Shown here: positions 1 through 12,346 of the stretch, piece after piece | Layout of the letters: the number at the start of each line of letters is the position of its first letter | How positions within the stretch are numbered: the first letter of the stretch is position 1 | Source of the DNA: Phoronis australis | Taxonomy: Eukaryota > Animalia > Phoronida | DNA: 64,000 nt | Assembly (NCBI GenBank): GCA_002633005.1 | Contig: NMRA01000003.1 | Span: 200,129-264,128, forward strand | Reading direction: 5' to 3' | Program-made: the position numbers and the translations under genes | The notes under the pieces: model-generated | Databases searched by the model: none | Told to the model about the DNA's origin: nothing | Seen by the model: the letters and a program-made list of their open reading frames with translations, nothing else

Positions 1-973
1 TAGGAACTTCGTTAAATTTTGTAAGTGTACAATGAAAGGGGCTACGCGTAGCAACGACTTATGTATGAATCTGACTACCAGTGTGTTCCATAGTGGCAAT
101 TCTATTTTTCTTTGTTGTTCTTTATCAGATTTTCATGAAATTTGTCAGATTGGGTTTTTGTAAAGGGGCGATAACACCTTCCCATTTTCATACAGATATA
201 ATATATTGTATGCCACCTCGTGGCCATTTTTATTGTTTTCGAGTCTTGTTTTTGGCGTCTGTCTCTCTATCTTACAAATTATTGTTGTNTTTTAGCTGTT
301 TACGTTTTCCTCCGTATCTTTGGAGTTCCTTTATGTCTTTTCCTGATGATGGTTTTTAAACAGGTATGACTGCTTTGTCACAATTTTATTCTGTTGCCTG
401 TGTCTCAATACAAGTTCCTTGGTGTTGGGGAGAGCGCAACTGAAGTGGATTTTGGGACACCCAGAGGCAATTTTTGTTTTCTTTGCATTTGCCTTCATAT
501 CTATCAACTTCCTTGATGGATGTTCATGGAATTTGCCAAGTAAGTTATCACGTAGACAACAGCTCCATCCTATGTTACTCCCCCTGGTGGCTTTTCTATT
601 GTTTTTGTGTCCTTTGTCGTCTGTCTCCCTATCCTCTAAACTTCTTGAAGTATCATAATGGAGGGTGGCAGGTATGTTCTTGTTCAGGAGAGCATTTCTG
701 AATTGCTTTGCACTCCCCACTGACATTTCTTCGTTTAGTGGAAATATGGGAATAACAGTGATCATCTCTTGTGCTGTATGCAATGCACATGGTGTCAATG
801 CTCTGTGTTGCTCTTGTTTCATAAATTGACGACATGCGCTGAATTTTCTTCTTTTTGTGTTCAGTGATTAGTTCTGATTAAACAGATTAATTTGAGTTCT
901 ATAATACAGTGTTGCTAATTCACTGCATTACAGTGCCACCTGTTGTAGTCTGTGTAGTGATTCTATGTTTCAG

Positions 974-3900
974 GGACATGTATGGAGCTCTTGGCTCTCC
1001 TCTGCGGTTGGCAAGAACCGTTGTATTTGGGCAGCACAAAGATGTTGTGCACAAAATTCTCTACATCCTCAGCTATTTCATTCGATGCAGTGAAATACAT
1101 GAAAACACTGACGAGCAGGTCAATCTAGACGAGATTCACAACACGTCGTTACATTGTGAACAATGTGGTGCCACACCAAGGGGGATGTCTTTTCCTGAAG
1201 CTGTCCATGTGCTGGAACATGGCCAGAAGGCGGACAGGTTTTTGGACTCGGATTCTGAATTTCTGAGTAGCAATGCAACAAGTGAAAGTGAGTCTGTGGT
1301 TTTTGACTGGAGGAGCACGTCATTAAGTGGTCAGAACTTTTATACGTCTGATTCTGGGTTTGACAGTGATGATTTGTGCCATAGTATCGATGACAGTGAC
1401 TACAAACACTGTGTGGGGAAAAGCTGTTTCTACCTGCCCAAACCAGAGAATTATACTCACCTCAAAGACTCAAGTGCTTATTCATCGAAAGTGGATGTCT
1501 CTAACACGCAAAAAGAGGAGAAAACAAAAGGCCAAATTCTCAAAGAAAACACTTGGGAAAATCATGGATGCATGAGTACATCCTTGTATCCCAAAATTGA
1601 AATTGACAAAGTGCAGTCACTATATCCCATCCTTGACAGCAATCTCACAGTAACAACTTCCCCACATTTGTTGGCACACAGTGATCAGACTGTACCCTCA
1701 ATTTACCCAAACCTTGACATTTTGGAAAGGACAACTGAATGTGTGGATAACTTAAAGACAGACCTATCAAGTGCAACAAAGTGTGTTGGTGATACAAGTG
1801 TTAAGACTTTGAGTGGAATTAGTTCCCACAGTACAGACAGTATTGACGATAAATTGGTGTTCAAAGAAGTTGAGTGTAAGGTGAGTCCTCATGAGATTAG
1901 TGCACCTCGGGTCGAGTGTGTGCGGAATGTGGGAAGATCTGCTATAGAGTCTACAGTGAAATGTGATCATATTGGTGGTTATGACACTCCGTTTGAGTCT
2001 CCCAGTGAGAACAAGGCTGTAAGTGTCTCTCGTAGTCCTACTAAGGTCACTACACAACTACAGAATGGACGGACATACTTCCGATGGCCGTCAAGAGAGG
2101 GCAGTAACAGTATGTTTGATGAGTATTTTGATGGGGACTCGGAAATCAATACCATTGATGATCCCCCATGTGTTTCATCTCAGACTAGTGCTGCCTCAAG
2201 TGTTAGTGAAACAAACCAGCTTGAGCTGTATCGCTCAGTGTCAAATGGGAGTGTCACGCCAACTCCCAGCGCATTGGAAAGGTCAGTCACTGGATGTAAC
2301 CAATGTGATCATGAGAGAGAGGATCTGTCATTTGACAAAAGGAAGGTAGATCTTTTGCTGAAGGTTGCTGTTCAGCCATCGTCTACTCAGGAAATACTAG
2401 GGTGAGGCTTATATATGTTTATACTGCACTATAGTGAGTTAGCGTTCCTGATAACACATAACACATCGAATCGAATTCACTGATGGTTTGAGACAGAAAA
2501 TTCACAGTCACCAACTGGATTTATGCCAGTTTTTGATTTCAGATTGACCTAATTAGCTGTGTGGAACTTAAAAACTGATTTCTTTTCGTGTCTGTCCTAA
2601 CTTTATCGGTATTCACCTTTTCTTTTTATCATGAAAACTAGGCACTGGTAAACAATTCTGTTTTTGGGTCTCAGAAACAAAGAGCTTTGTGACTTTACAC
2701 AGACTTGTAAATATCATCTTTCTATTCAAAGTCGCATATTATTTTTGTTTTCAAAAGAAGCAAGCTCTGAAAGGTGAAGATAGGTTTTTGTTGAAGGACT
2801 GTCAATCTGAATGTTGTATTACAGTTTACTTATTGTCCTTTGCAGCACCATTCAGCCTCCACGTTGTCCTGAAGAAGAGCTGGATCTTCCCTCTAGTAAT
2901 CTCCCTTTTCGTTATTTTCGTTCGATCAATGATCGCAACGAACTGTCGCCTGTTGCTGAGAGCCCCCATGCACCTGTCACGCGACAAGAAAGCTCGGCCA
3001 GTACGCGTACAGTCACTCCTGGGGTTTGTCGATGCCGATCTGTGACCCCCACGAGCAGGTCGCGACATGCGTCTGCGTGCAGCACTGACACTGAACCTGA
3101 TGAGTTTGTTAACTTGGTCGATCTTCCACTTCCTAGGTAAATTATGAAAGATTTTTATATTGCAACAGCAGTACTGGAGTTGATAGTCAAGATGTTAGCT
3201 ACATTGTTTGAGGATTTACGGGTAAATGTCCTGCTAATTCTTTTCATACTTTTCAGTAACTGATGAAAATGTATGTCAAGTACATTTTGGACTCGAAGCT
3301 TGGTTATATAGCTCATGAAACCAAAGAAATTCCACTGAAATAATTGTTTTGCCTTTGAATGTGAATGCATTTACTAACACTGCTTATGCAGCTGTAATGA
3401 TGATTTAGTTGAAAATGCGGTTCTTGCAATCACTTGAATATTTCCATGGCAGATCCAAGTACAGCCATGAGGAGGGCGGAGACATTGCCTTGTCATCCCA
3501 GCAAAGCTTTGGACGGTCATTATTGGCTGACTTTTCTAACCATTACTTGTCTGACTTTGTCCTACACGGAACCAGTGATGAGATGTCTAGTAAAAAGCTT
3601 TCAAATGATCTCAACTTGGCTGTTCAGGTAAGCTTTATGTTTCTTTGTACTGTGTAAATAATCACCCCTATGGTAGTTTAAAAAAAATATACAAAATCCT
3701 TCATGAAAATTGACGAAGTGATTTTGAACAAAAATTTCTGGGTATCGTCTGGGTTTCAGTCATAAATACCATGTGATGAAGCCTGACCTACCTCTTTTTT
3801 TGTAAAAAATTACTGTACTTTTTATTAATACCTATAGTTCTGTTTCGTGAATTTTACCGTACTTGTATAGGCTAATGGCCATGTTCGTCTTGCAACCACA

Positions 3901-6711
3901 AAACTTCCAAATTTTCATAAGTCCAGCATTTGATTCGTTTTTTTTCATCTTCCAAATTTTCCTTTGAAATGCTCATGCATGGCCTAATGACTCCCCCAGT
4001 TTATCTGATCTGAACTTCTTTGAAAGTGTGTTTGTAAGTGCACGTCTGGCCGTATTCAAGTGGGAAAATTCCATATTAAGGTCCTCCTATTGAAATATCT
4101 AGTAAGTAGCAAAGGGGAACCCATTAAAGTATGTTTCTGAAATTAGCAGCCGAGGCATGTCATTCATACAACTGTACCATTCACAACGCTGCCATTCTCG
4201 CAGTCACGTGACTATTCTGAAACTAACCTGTCATTGTAACTCTTGTTTCTACTTTCCAGAATACAGTCCTCGATGAGGAAGTGGGTGAAGCCGTGGGCAT
4301 TCTGGCTGATACTGACAAATGGTAAGGGTCTTCATGTTCTTTTGAGGCTCAGAATACTGAAGAAATACATATTTTTACATGATGTTTATTCAGTAATTAC
4401 CTTTTTCAGAACACTATTGTCCTAACAAATTCTAACTTTAGTATGAGGTGTACCAGAGTGCACTATTGAATGAAGGATGCAGTGTGGCATTGTGGGAAAA
4501 GTGTCCACTTCCATTACTCAAGGTCGTGGGTTCGAGTCGCACTACTAGACCTTTAAGTCAGGTCTCCTTAGTTCAGTTTTAGCTATATATTGGTAAAGCA
4601 TAAAAATTGTTCCAGGTGATGGGCCCACCTGAATGGCCTGCACACGTCTGGTACACATTGTACCAGACCGCCTGCAATTATTTTTGGATAAAGGAAAATT
4701 TTTGCATTTTGAATGCACTCCATGAACATATTTGTGTGTAGAACCTAATAAATTTATTAGTCTAATCTGTTAGCTCATTTTTCATTTTTGTTTAACTTTT
4801 AAGGGAAGTTCATCTGCTGTCTAGTTTGAGGACATCTTCCAATGGTATTGGCAAGGTTGTCACAGCGTCCCAGCTGGTCACATCAATGATTGAATCTGTG
4901 ACAAATTTGTGGCACATGAAGATGTCGCCAGAGTTTGTAAGTATCATTATCCCACTCTATCACAAATATTTGGTGATTGATTGACAGTATGTTGCAGATT
5001 GTCTGTTTTCACATGGATGTAAATACATTGTTGTCCTTAGTTATTAGACACATCTCAAAGATACTTTCAGTTATGCAGGACTTAAAAAATGTCCATACTT
5101 GGTTATCTCAGGAATCATTTATGAAATGTTTCATTTTTGCACAAGTTGGTATCAAAAAATAGGACTTCTGTGGTCTTTGTGAAAAACTCAAAAGTTGCAT
5201 TAAAAGAAGAAAACTAACAGTGTTTTTCAAATTTCATCTTGAACATTTATATCAAATGGAATTTGGTTTTGTTGTTGATATCATTGTTTTACCATCGATG
5301 TACCTTAAATTTTACTAAGAAGACACGGTCATTTGACCCAATTAATGACAGAGTGGTAGCATCAGAAATAAAATTCTGGACTGCAGTATTTTTACTTTTG
5401 CAAAATATGTACTTTTACAGAGTTAAAGTTATAGTTTTTTAGATATCTAGCTAGTCAAGCTTGTCAATAAGGTCCAACGTTATCTTAAAAGACTCGCTAA
5501 AAATTGAGGTGATTACTGGCTTTAAGGGCTCACAACTTTTGTAAACGACCCTGGTTGGTCAATTGTTTTAAAAGGTGCTAAGTGAGTCACAGTCAAAATC
5601 TTCTGAGACGGCATAGTAAATATATTATAATAGTATTTTTTTTCTATGCCCTGATATCTCCGTGTATTTACATGTTAAATCTGCATGTAACCTTGTTCAG
5701 CTGGCTAAACATGAAAATCGAGTTAAAATATTGCGTACTGTGACAGGATTCTATTTCCGTTACAGGCTAGTACATCGAAAGTATTAGCGACTCGAGAAAA
5801 CTCTTCAGTTTATTGGGGTTGACCAATCCTAAAATTGCTACCGGTAATTTGAAAATTGCACATGTACACAATGCTTGTGTCTTGAGGACGCGAGGGAAAT
5901 AGATTCTTACACAGTAAGGTGTATTATGGGAAGAGTGACAGACTTAGATTTTAAATTCATTTCTAAACTAAATGGAGTGAAGTGAAGCTTTAAATAATGT
6001 AGTGACAAGTTTTTAACTGGACTAAAAGTAATAAAGTTGCACCGACTGTAAGGTGTGTTTATGAACTGTGTCTTGTTTTTGCAGTGCCTAATGCACTTGG
6101 AGGATCGGTTACAAGAGATGTATTTCAAAAGTCGAATGTTAGCAGAGTACATCAAAAGTCAGAAGAAAGTGGATATGGATGAACTGACAGCCATGTTGGG
6201 GTAAGCAAAGTGATTTAAACCTTTATCAGTCGATAGAACAAATACGTCAAATCTTGAACAACTTGAACGGTAAGTGGCAGTGAAGAATGAGTAGCGTATT
6301 CCAGGTAGCCTTTGATGAGATCCATTTACATACCAAATTGTAGAATCCCACAGATACCTGCGAACCGAAAATTTGAAAAATGGCAGCCACAGCGCCATCT
6401 TGCATCCGATTTTGCCCCAAAACAATAGACGCTAGTTTTTTTACAAGGAATGTGTTGTAAGTACTAAAAGAGTTACAGACCTGGAGAAATTGCCGAGTAA
6501 AAAATCTAATACATCCAGATGAATTTTGTTGCCACTCATTGTCGAGGTTGAGTTATGAACAACATGAAGCTGACCAAGGCAATTATGATAAAACTGAATT
6601 TTTTTTATTTGGAATTTTCTCTTCTGTTGCAGGTTTGAAGCCAGTGACCTCCACTTGCTGTTTTCTATAGCTGGCACACACTCTCCACACCTTGCGTTTG
6701 GTATTTACTGA
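974..6711 (+). CDS. FNIP1: Folliculin-interacting protein (FNIP1/2 family), 5'-partial; exons 974-2401, 2846-3136, 3453-3627, 4260-4321, 4804-4936, 6085-6200, 6633-6711
   Basis: Spliced translation has FNIP hallmarks: [86 protein letters not shown] and SDLHLL..AGTHSP..*. All junctions are GT-AG and in phase. Upstream exons lie outside the window; FNIP1 versus FNIP2 cannot be resolved. Confidence 0.93.
4203..4212. promoter_or_regulatory. Perfect CLEAR/E-box palindrome GTCACGTGAC in an FNIP intron
   Basis: The sequence aGTCACGTGACt spans 4202-4213, 47 bp before the exon at 4260. Function is inferred only. Confidence 0.3.
4479..4685 (+). mobile_element. tRNA-derived SINE-like repeat, copy 1
   Basis: A-box-like TGGCATTGTGG, B box GGTTCGAGTC, 3' hairpin GTCTGGTACA-cat-TGTACCAGAC and a T-rich tail. 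Homologous to 21165-21390 and, inverted, to 25263-25497. Confidence 0.65.
5235..5500 (+). repeat. Dispersed repeat fragment with a homologue at about 34750-35015
   Basis: Shared segments CTTGAACATTTATATCAAA.GGAA.TT, TTATAGTTTT and TTGTCAATAA.GTCC.AC.T.ATCTTAA occur at both sites. Confidence 0.55.
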
Positions 6712-9129
6712 GTGACTGTCCGTGTCTGGCATTTTAGAGGCACTGACTTGGGTTCAATAAGCTGGTGCAGTAATCTTGCTTGGTGAGGTGTGTCATGCTG
6801 GACTGTTGGCTCAGTATTGTTCACTAGTCTAGTAAATGTACTCAGCTCAATTGATGGTCATGTGGAACTGCTGCAGGAGGAAATTTTTTAAAGTCCATCG
6901 GCAGAATTGTAGTTATATAAACCTGTCTTCCTAAAATTTTCACTTTGAGTACCTAGAATTTCAGCTTAGTTTGTTAAGTGGTAATATAAAAAAAAATACA
7001 GGACTGATCTTCTAATGTTGCTCTTGGTACCTGGTAGCAATTTTAAACAAGAAACGTGCGTACGGACTTTCCTTCAGCAAAATATTTTACCAGTAATTTC
7101 TGTCCAGGCTAAATTTGGTAATGGAATGTATGTTTGTTACGAAGCAGTGTTCTAGTAAATGTTGTAGAAGTGGATTATGATAAACTGTTGCATGAAAGAA
7201 GCAATTGCTTACTACTTAGCAGTGTTGTGCAATCTTGTCATGGCAACATTCTGAATTCTGTTGCTAAGCTAATGTCATGGCGGCTAGTCGCCTGTTTTGA
7301 ATTCAGTATTGTAATTAGTATCATCAGGAACAAGAATGCTAATGATGAATTCACTGTAATAAGAACTTTCCAGTCTCGTTTTATTTGCTATCATCAGGCG
7401 ATAACATAAAAAGAAACAGTTTTGTTGAAAACATGGTTCGGCAGGTCATGGAGCAGACTACATTTCTTAAGTTATCACAGAGACCATGTTAAAGTGATGC
7501 ACTTGTCCTGTTTAAGTGCTTATCGGTTTTTGTAACTTAAGGTATCCATTGGGGTTACGTTCCCATGTTTTACTTAAGGCAGACCCCAAAATTTTAAGAA
7601 ATTCACTTGAAAGCAACATTTTGTTGCATTTGATTTAATGAGCACCCCTCAATCTGTTTCTGGGATTTAAACGGACCAGGCATTTCTGAATAGGTTCAGT
7701 ATTATTACTTTCATCTTTCACAGAGCATGCCCTCTGTTTGTTTCATCTTAATGTGCACGTTGATGTTTTTTTGCTTTAACTTCTGGTGTTCGTATGCTTC
7801 TGCCTTCATGCAGATTTATTTGACGAGCTTATTGTTTTGGTATCCTCTCAGATCTGACTCGAGGCTAGTCATCTAAATATGGACAAAAATTGACAATTGT
7901 GCGTCCAGTGTGCATCTTATGAATAAAAAGAAATGTACAAGGAGTCCTGTGTAGAAACAATCAACATACGATTATAAGAATTAATTAAAACTTGTTTTTC
8001 AGTAAAGTTGATATGCTTTAATTACATGCATTTGGTGCCAGATTAGATATACCATGTGAATGAAAGGTGTTCATTTTACCAAGTAAAGGTTGGAATGTAG
8101 AAATTACTCTGATAACTGTTTGTCTGTTAACGTGTACACTTGCAATAATGATTGGCAGATTTCAACTTGGCTCACTGCTGTACAGTAGGATCAGTTTGAT
8201 TGCATCAAGTATTTTTATTGTTTAGTGTCATTTACTTTTGTCCACCCAGTACTTAACCTCTTAGAAGCATCAGTGGTCCCCTGAAAAAGGTCGACTGGTT
8301 TGAGTAAACATTTTTGGGAGATGGTCATCATTTAACAGATTTCCTTTCTCCTTGCAGTATACTCTTGCTGTGAAATACAATCTCAAGTGTGATTTTATTC
8401 TGCACAGTCAGTTTGGAAATGAAAGTAGGGTCATCACAAGTTATAACCTGAAGACGGTGGGTTTAAGTCTGAAAATGTTCCTAACTGATTAAATTTGAAG
8501 ACTTAAATTGGTCACTGGCGTGGTTCACTTATTCATGTGTTTACAATGGTATATTATAGTTTTGCCACAGTTATCAGTAAGATCTTGTAGTTGTAATTTT
8601 CCCAATTCATGTTTGTGACATCGATTCCCTCTCAGTAAATTCACACTGTTGATAAACCTAGAAAGCAGTTGATATGAACAGTTTCACAGCAAAATGAGAT
8701 AATCACTAAATTAAAAATTACTACGTACGCCGTCGATTAACTCTGGTGTTTGAGTCATTTTTCAGCCAAACCAGATATATTTTAAAGTTACACAGGCTCC
8801 AAACATGCTAGCTATTTCCAAAACGCAATATATGCCAGTTGCATTCAGATTTTAAGGATATTTTGTTTTGCACTGGATTACGGAACTTGTCATGTATCTG
8901 CTATACACAATTCATTATGGCAGCTTGTTGAATTGCATAGTCTTGATTCTCAATACTTAATAACCCTCTTACCTGGAGTTAAAGTGCAATGTCTTTGAAA
9001 GTTTTGAGTTAGAGGCTAAAAAGCGTAATTCTGTCCAGATACTAGTCAGTCGAACATGTTAGCAACTGGCTAGGGTTTGTTAATTTTCAGTCTGTATTTA
9101 GAATTGGAATCAAATATTTTATAATCTTA

Positions 9130-9135
9130 TTTATT
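9130..9135 (-). terminator. Candidate ECSIT polyadenylation signal (AATAAA on -)
   Basis: TTTATT on the + strand, about 380 nt downstream of the ECSIT stop. Confidence 0.45.
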
Positions 9136-9212
9136 GTTACAATTTATCACTGTTATTTGTTGTTATTCTTATTTGGCTGATATTGTAAACCTGTAGTGGG
9201 GAGGAGATTTGT

Positions 9213-9218
9213 AATAAA
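9213..9218 (+). terminator. Candidate distal FNIP polyadenylation signal AATAAA
   Basis: AATAAA followed by GT-rich sequence (ttgtagtgtgt...ttgtgtgg). An alternative proximal AATAAA lies at 7922-7927. Confidence 0.4.
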
Positions 9219-9511
9219 ATTAACTTATTACCAAGCTCTTGTAGTGTGTAAATTGTGTGGAATCTAAACTGAAATTAACTCACTCCCATGGCAACCATGA
9301 TGGCTTTTTATGAAAACTACCAGCTTTGCCAGCGTCATAGTTGAAATCTATACTGGAACTGCACATAGTTAAGATCTTGCCAGCTAAAAACAATGTCCCG
9401 CTATAACACATCCAACAGTCCCAAGACTGGATAATTTTTATGGGAAGCTTGCACTGGTTGGTTTGCTGCGACAAAGGTTAGTGATAAACTGTTGTCGCAG
9501 GTGCAGCTGCA

Positions 9512-12346
9512 CTAACTTGACACAATTCCTGACTGTTGTTCATCAAGTGGCTGTAGACCAGACTCTGCAGTCCTCAATGTAAACACCACAGGTATCTCAA
9601 CCAATTTGGGGTTACTGGCCTGTAACAATTTGATCCATGACACAAGGGAATCTTTAGAACTGGTCCCAGTTATGCACATGGCCAGAAATGTTCCATTTTC
9701 CTGATCGTGCACAGTAGGGGGCAGCATGAGATCGTACTTTGGTTCAGTTTTACCATCAAACAATATGTTCCAGTTAAACAAATCACCAGCATCTGAAAAG
9801 ACAAACATTTGCACTAAAATTTGCTGAAAAAGTGGAGAATGAGCACACAGATCACACAAATCTGTAAGAAGAGTACGAAAACAGTTACCTAATCAAAAAT
9901 CATTCTACCACATGCATTTAATCACTGAAAAAAAGACAAATCTTCAGTTTTCTGTATAGTTCATTATGTCATTGCTTAGTTTACAGAGTCAGCATTATGG
10001 ATTTCTAGTGAACATAATAATATTGGCACAGAAGGCAAACCGACATTGAAAAATTTTCCTATCTCAGTATTCCAATTTGCACCTTGTACACTTCAGAACT
10101 GGTTTAAGCAAAGCTCAAACTTATATCAAGATCTCATACTTACCATCCTTGGACTGGTCCACAAATATAGACTGTACAGCTTGGCGCACATCAGGGTCTG
10201 CTCTGAGAGTAAAGTACAGCAGAGGTTCCTCTCGCATCCAAGTGTAGAATCCTCCTTCAACAAACAGAGGCTTATCAGCAGGATGTTGAGAGATCAGCTC
10301 CCTCTGTTGTGGACTCTGCGCTGAGACAATCCAGGTCTTGTCATAAGATGTATCCAGGTCTGAAGCCTGCATTGGATAAGAATTAACTGAACTTAGCTCT
10401 ATTGAGGTTACCATGCAACAAGCATTTAGTGTCTCTCAAAACAACACTTTTAGCCTGCAATTCCCACACTCAAGTCAGAAGACAGCAGTTCCATATCACT
10501 AACAAGGCCAATGGACGAAACCTCACAAGCACCATACGTGACACCCACCTCAAAGAGACGTTTTATTTTAAACTAGAGAGTGGTTTTCAACATCATGAAG
10601 GCAGTAGGCAACTATACAGTAGTCCAAAAACTGATGAATGTTTTACTCTGGACTCAGAATTTTGAGCTCTACTTAGTTTTTTAAAAATCCTAGTCCCATG
10701 GGACAAATAGGATTTCTCCCATGAGCATGTACCATGTGAGGTTTCTTCATTTGCGCCATGTTGCAATTTTTAGAAATTGACACAAGACAGATAGACAAAC
10801 ATGGAGATGGACAGAAAGACACAGACAATATGCACCCATGTATTGTGTTAATGAGTGCATTCAAAAAATGGTTTCTAATCCACCTTAAACATTTAAAGAA
10901 AGTGCTGTAAAACCTCCATTCTGTACCTGGAACTCTTCAACCCTGTTTTCTAAATCCACTGCCATTCGCTTCAATGCTATTTTGGCTAATTCGCAAGGAT
11001 CTTTGGGTAGTTCTTTAGGCACAAAGTACGGGTTGGCATTCTTAAATTTGGGCATCCAGTACATCATACGTCGGTACTTCCTCATGGGGAATCCCTCAGG
11101 TCCAAACACCTCAACGAGTATTCTCCCCATCTGGTCATCTGGTATGACACCTAGCAAAGTTCAATAAACACTGAGTTTCATATATCTTATTGCACAGTTT
11201 TCAGCTGAATATCAAAATAGGAGCATCTTTTTGAAGAATTGATAAAATTAGTATCAAGATGACACCAACATACAAAAAATAATTGTATTCAAAAGTAAAC
11301 TTGGTGGTCATAAACAGATCTATTTTTCTTCTTGAGTTTGACCCTTCACCACTCCCAAATAACTCAATGTAACTGATTTGGTTCCAAATATCAGCCCAGT
11401 TAGAGCACTTACTGAGCACTCCACACTATGTGACTGTCACTTCAAGATTAATCGTTAACTTAATGATTCTAATAAATTCCAAGCAGTATTTTTCACATTT
11501 ATCAAAGTCTAGCTTCTATTAGACATCCACGGCACATTTCATAAAAAGTCACGTGTCTTGTCTCAGCTAAGACGATTGCAGGCATGTTATTCGGATGCAA
11601 TGCAGCATTCATTATAAAAGTAAAACAGTGTAACTGATGAAGTTCGTTTTTAATTTCATTCAGATGTAACAAACACCTTCATGAGCCTTGTCAATGAACT
11701 GTGCGCTCTTTCAAATCAAATTTATGACCATCTTAGGTAAGACCAGAAAGTCCCTCCCACCCCCTGCTTCTATGAGTCAATTACAGATGTGATAAGTCAA
11801 CTGTTATCTACCGTTATCTTCCATCTGCTGCAACACATCAAGTCCACAATTCTGCTGCTTTGGGTAGTGCATGAAGTCAACCTGCCATGTGTTCCTGGGC
11901 ACCATCTTTCCTTTGGGGAATACATGCAGCAGTAGTTTATAAGTTTCCAAGTCTTTATGTACATTAAATTCTTTCATCTTTTTCATTGCTGCGTAAATAA
12001 ATTCCACATGACCACGATGATGAAGTTTCTCTCGCTGAAGGTACAACAAGACAGCATTCTGAAATGTCAGCTTGTCCTTTTTAGCTTGTTCAGCAGCTTC
12101 GTCAAATATGTTAGATTGTTTCACAATCATCTGTCTCTCTTTTTTGTCAATATTCTCTTGTTTATCTCTAAAACCCCATAAATACTGTGTGTGTGACGTG
12201 TGGAACACATTCACAGGGCACGCCATGGCTACAGTCGGGCTGCATTTTGCCGATAATAACTCCAGTTTAGCTGGTGATCCTTGCACAACCCATGAGAAAA
12301 ACATTAGACTTCGGCGTCCCACGAAACCAAGTTGTCTGAAAGACAT
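9512..12346 (-). CDS. ECSIT: ECSIT (mitochondrial complex I assembly / Toll pathway intermediate), about 420 aa; exons 12346-11812, 11150-10927, 10366-10144, 9792-9512
   Basis: Motifs RGHVEFIYAAMKKMKEFNVHKDLETYKLLLHVFPKG, HYPKQQNCGLDVLQQMEDNGVIPD, MMYWMPKFKNANP, WIVSAQSPQQRELI..H..DKPLFVEGGF and TVHDQENGTFLAMC. N-terminus is basic and presequence-like. In-phase GT-AG junctions give 1263 nt. Confidence 0.95.

Noticed and set aside
81-835. Overlapping ORFs of 60-163 aa
   Set aside because: They lie in the FNIP intron upstream of the acceptor at 973, reflect T-rich composition and show no recognisable domain.
8448-8482. CTGAAGA...GAAA hammerhead-like core in the FNIP 3' UTR
   Set aside because: Stem II does not close next to the core and there is no stem III or NUH cleavage site.
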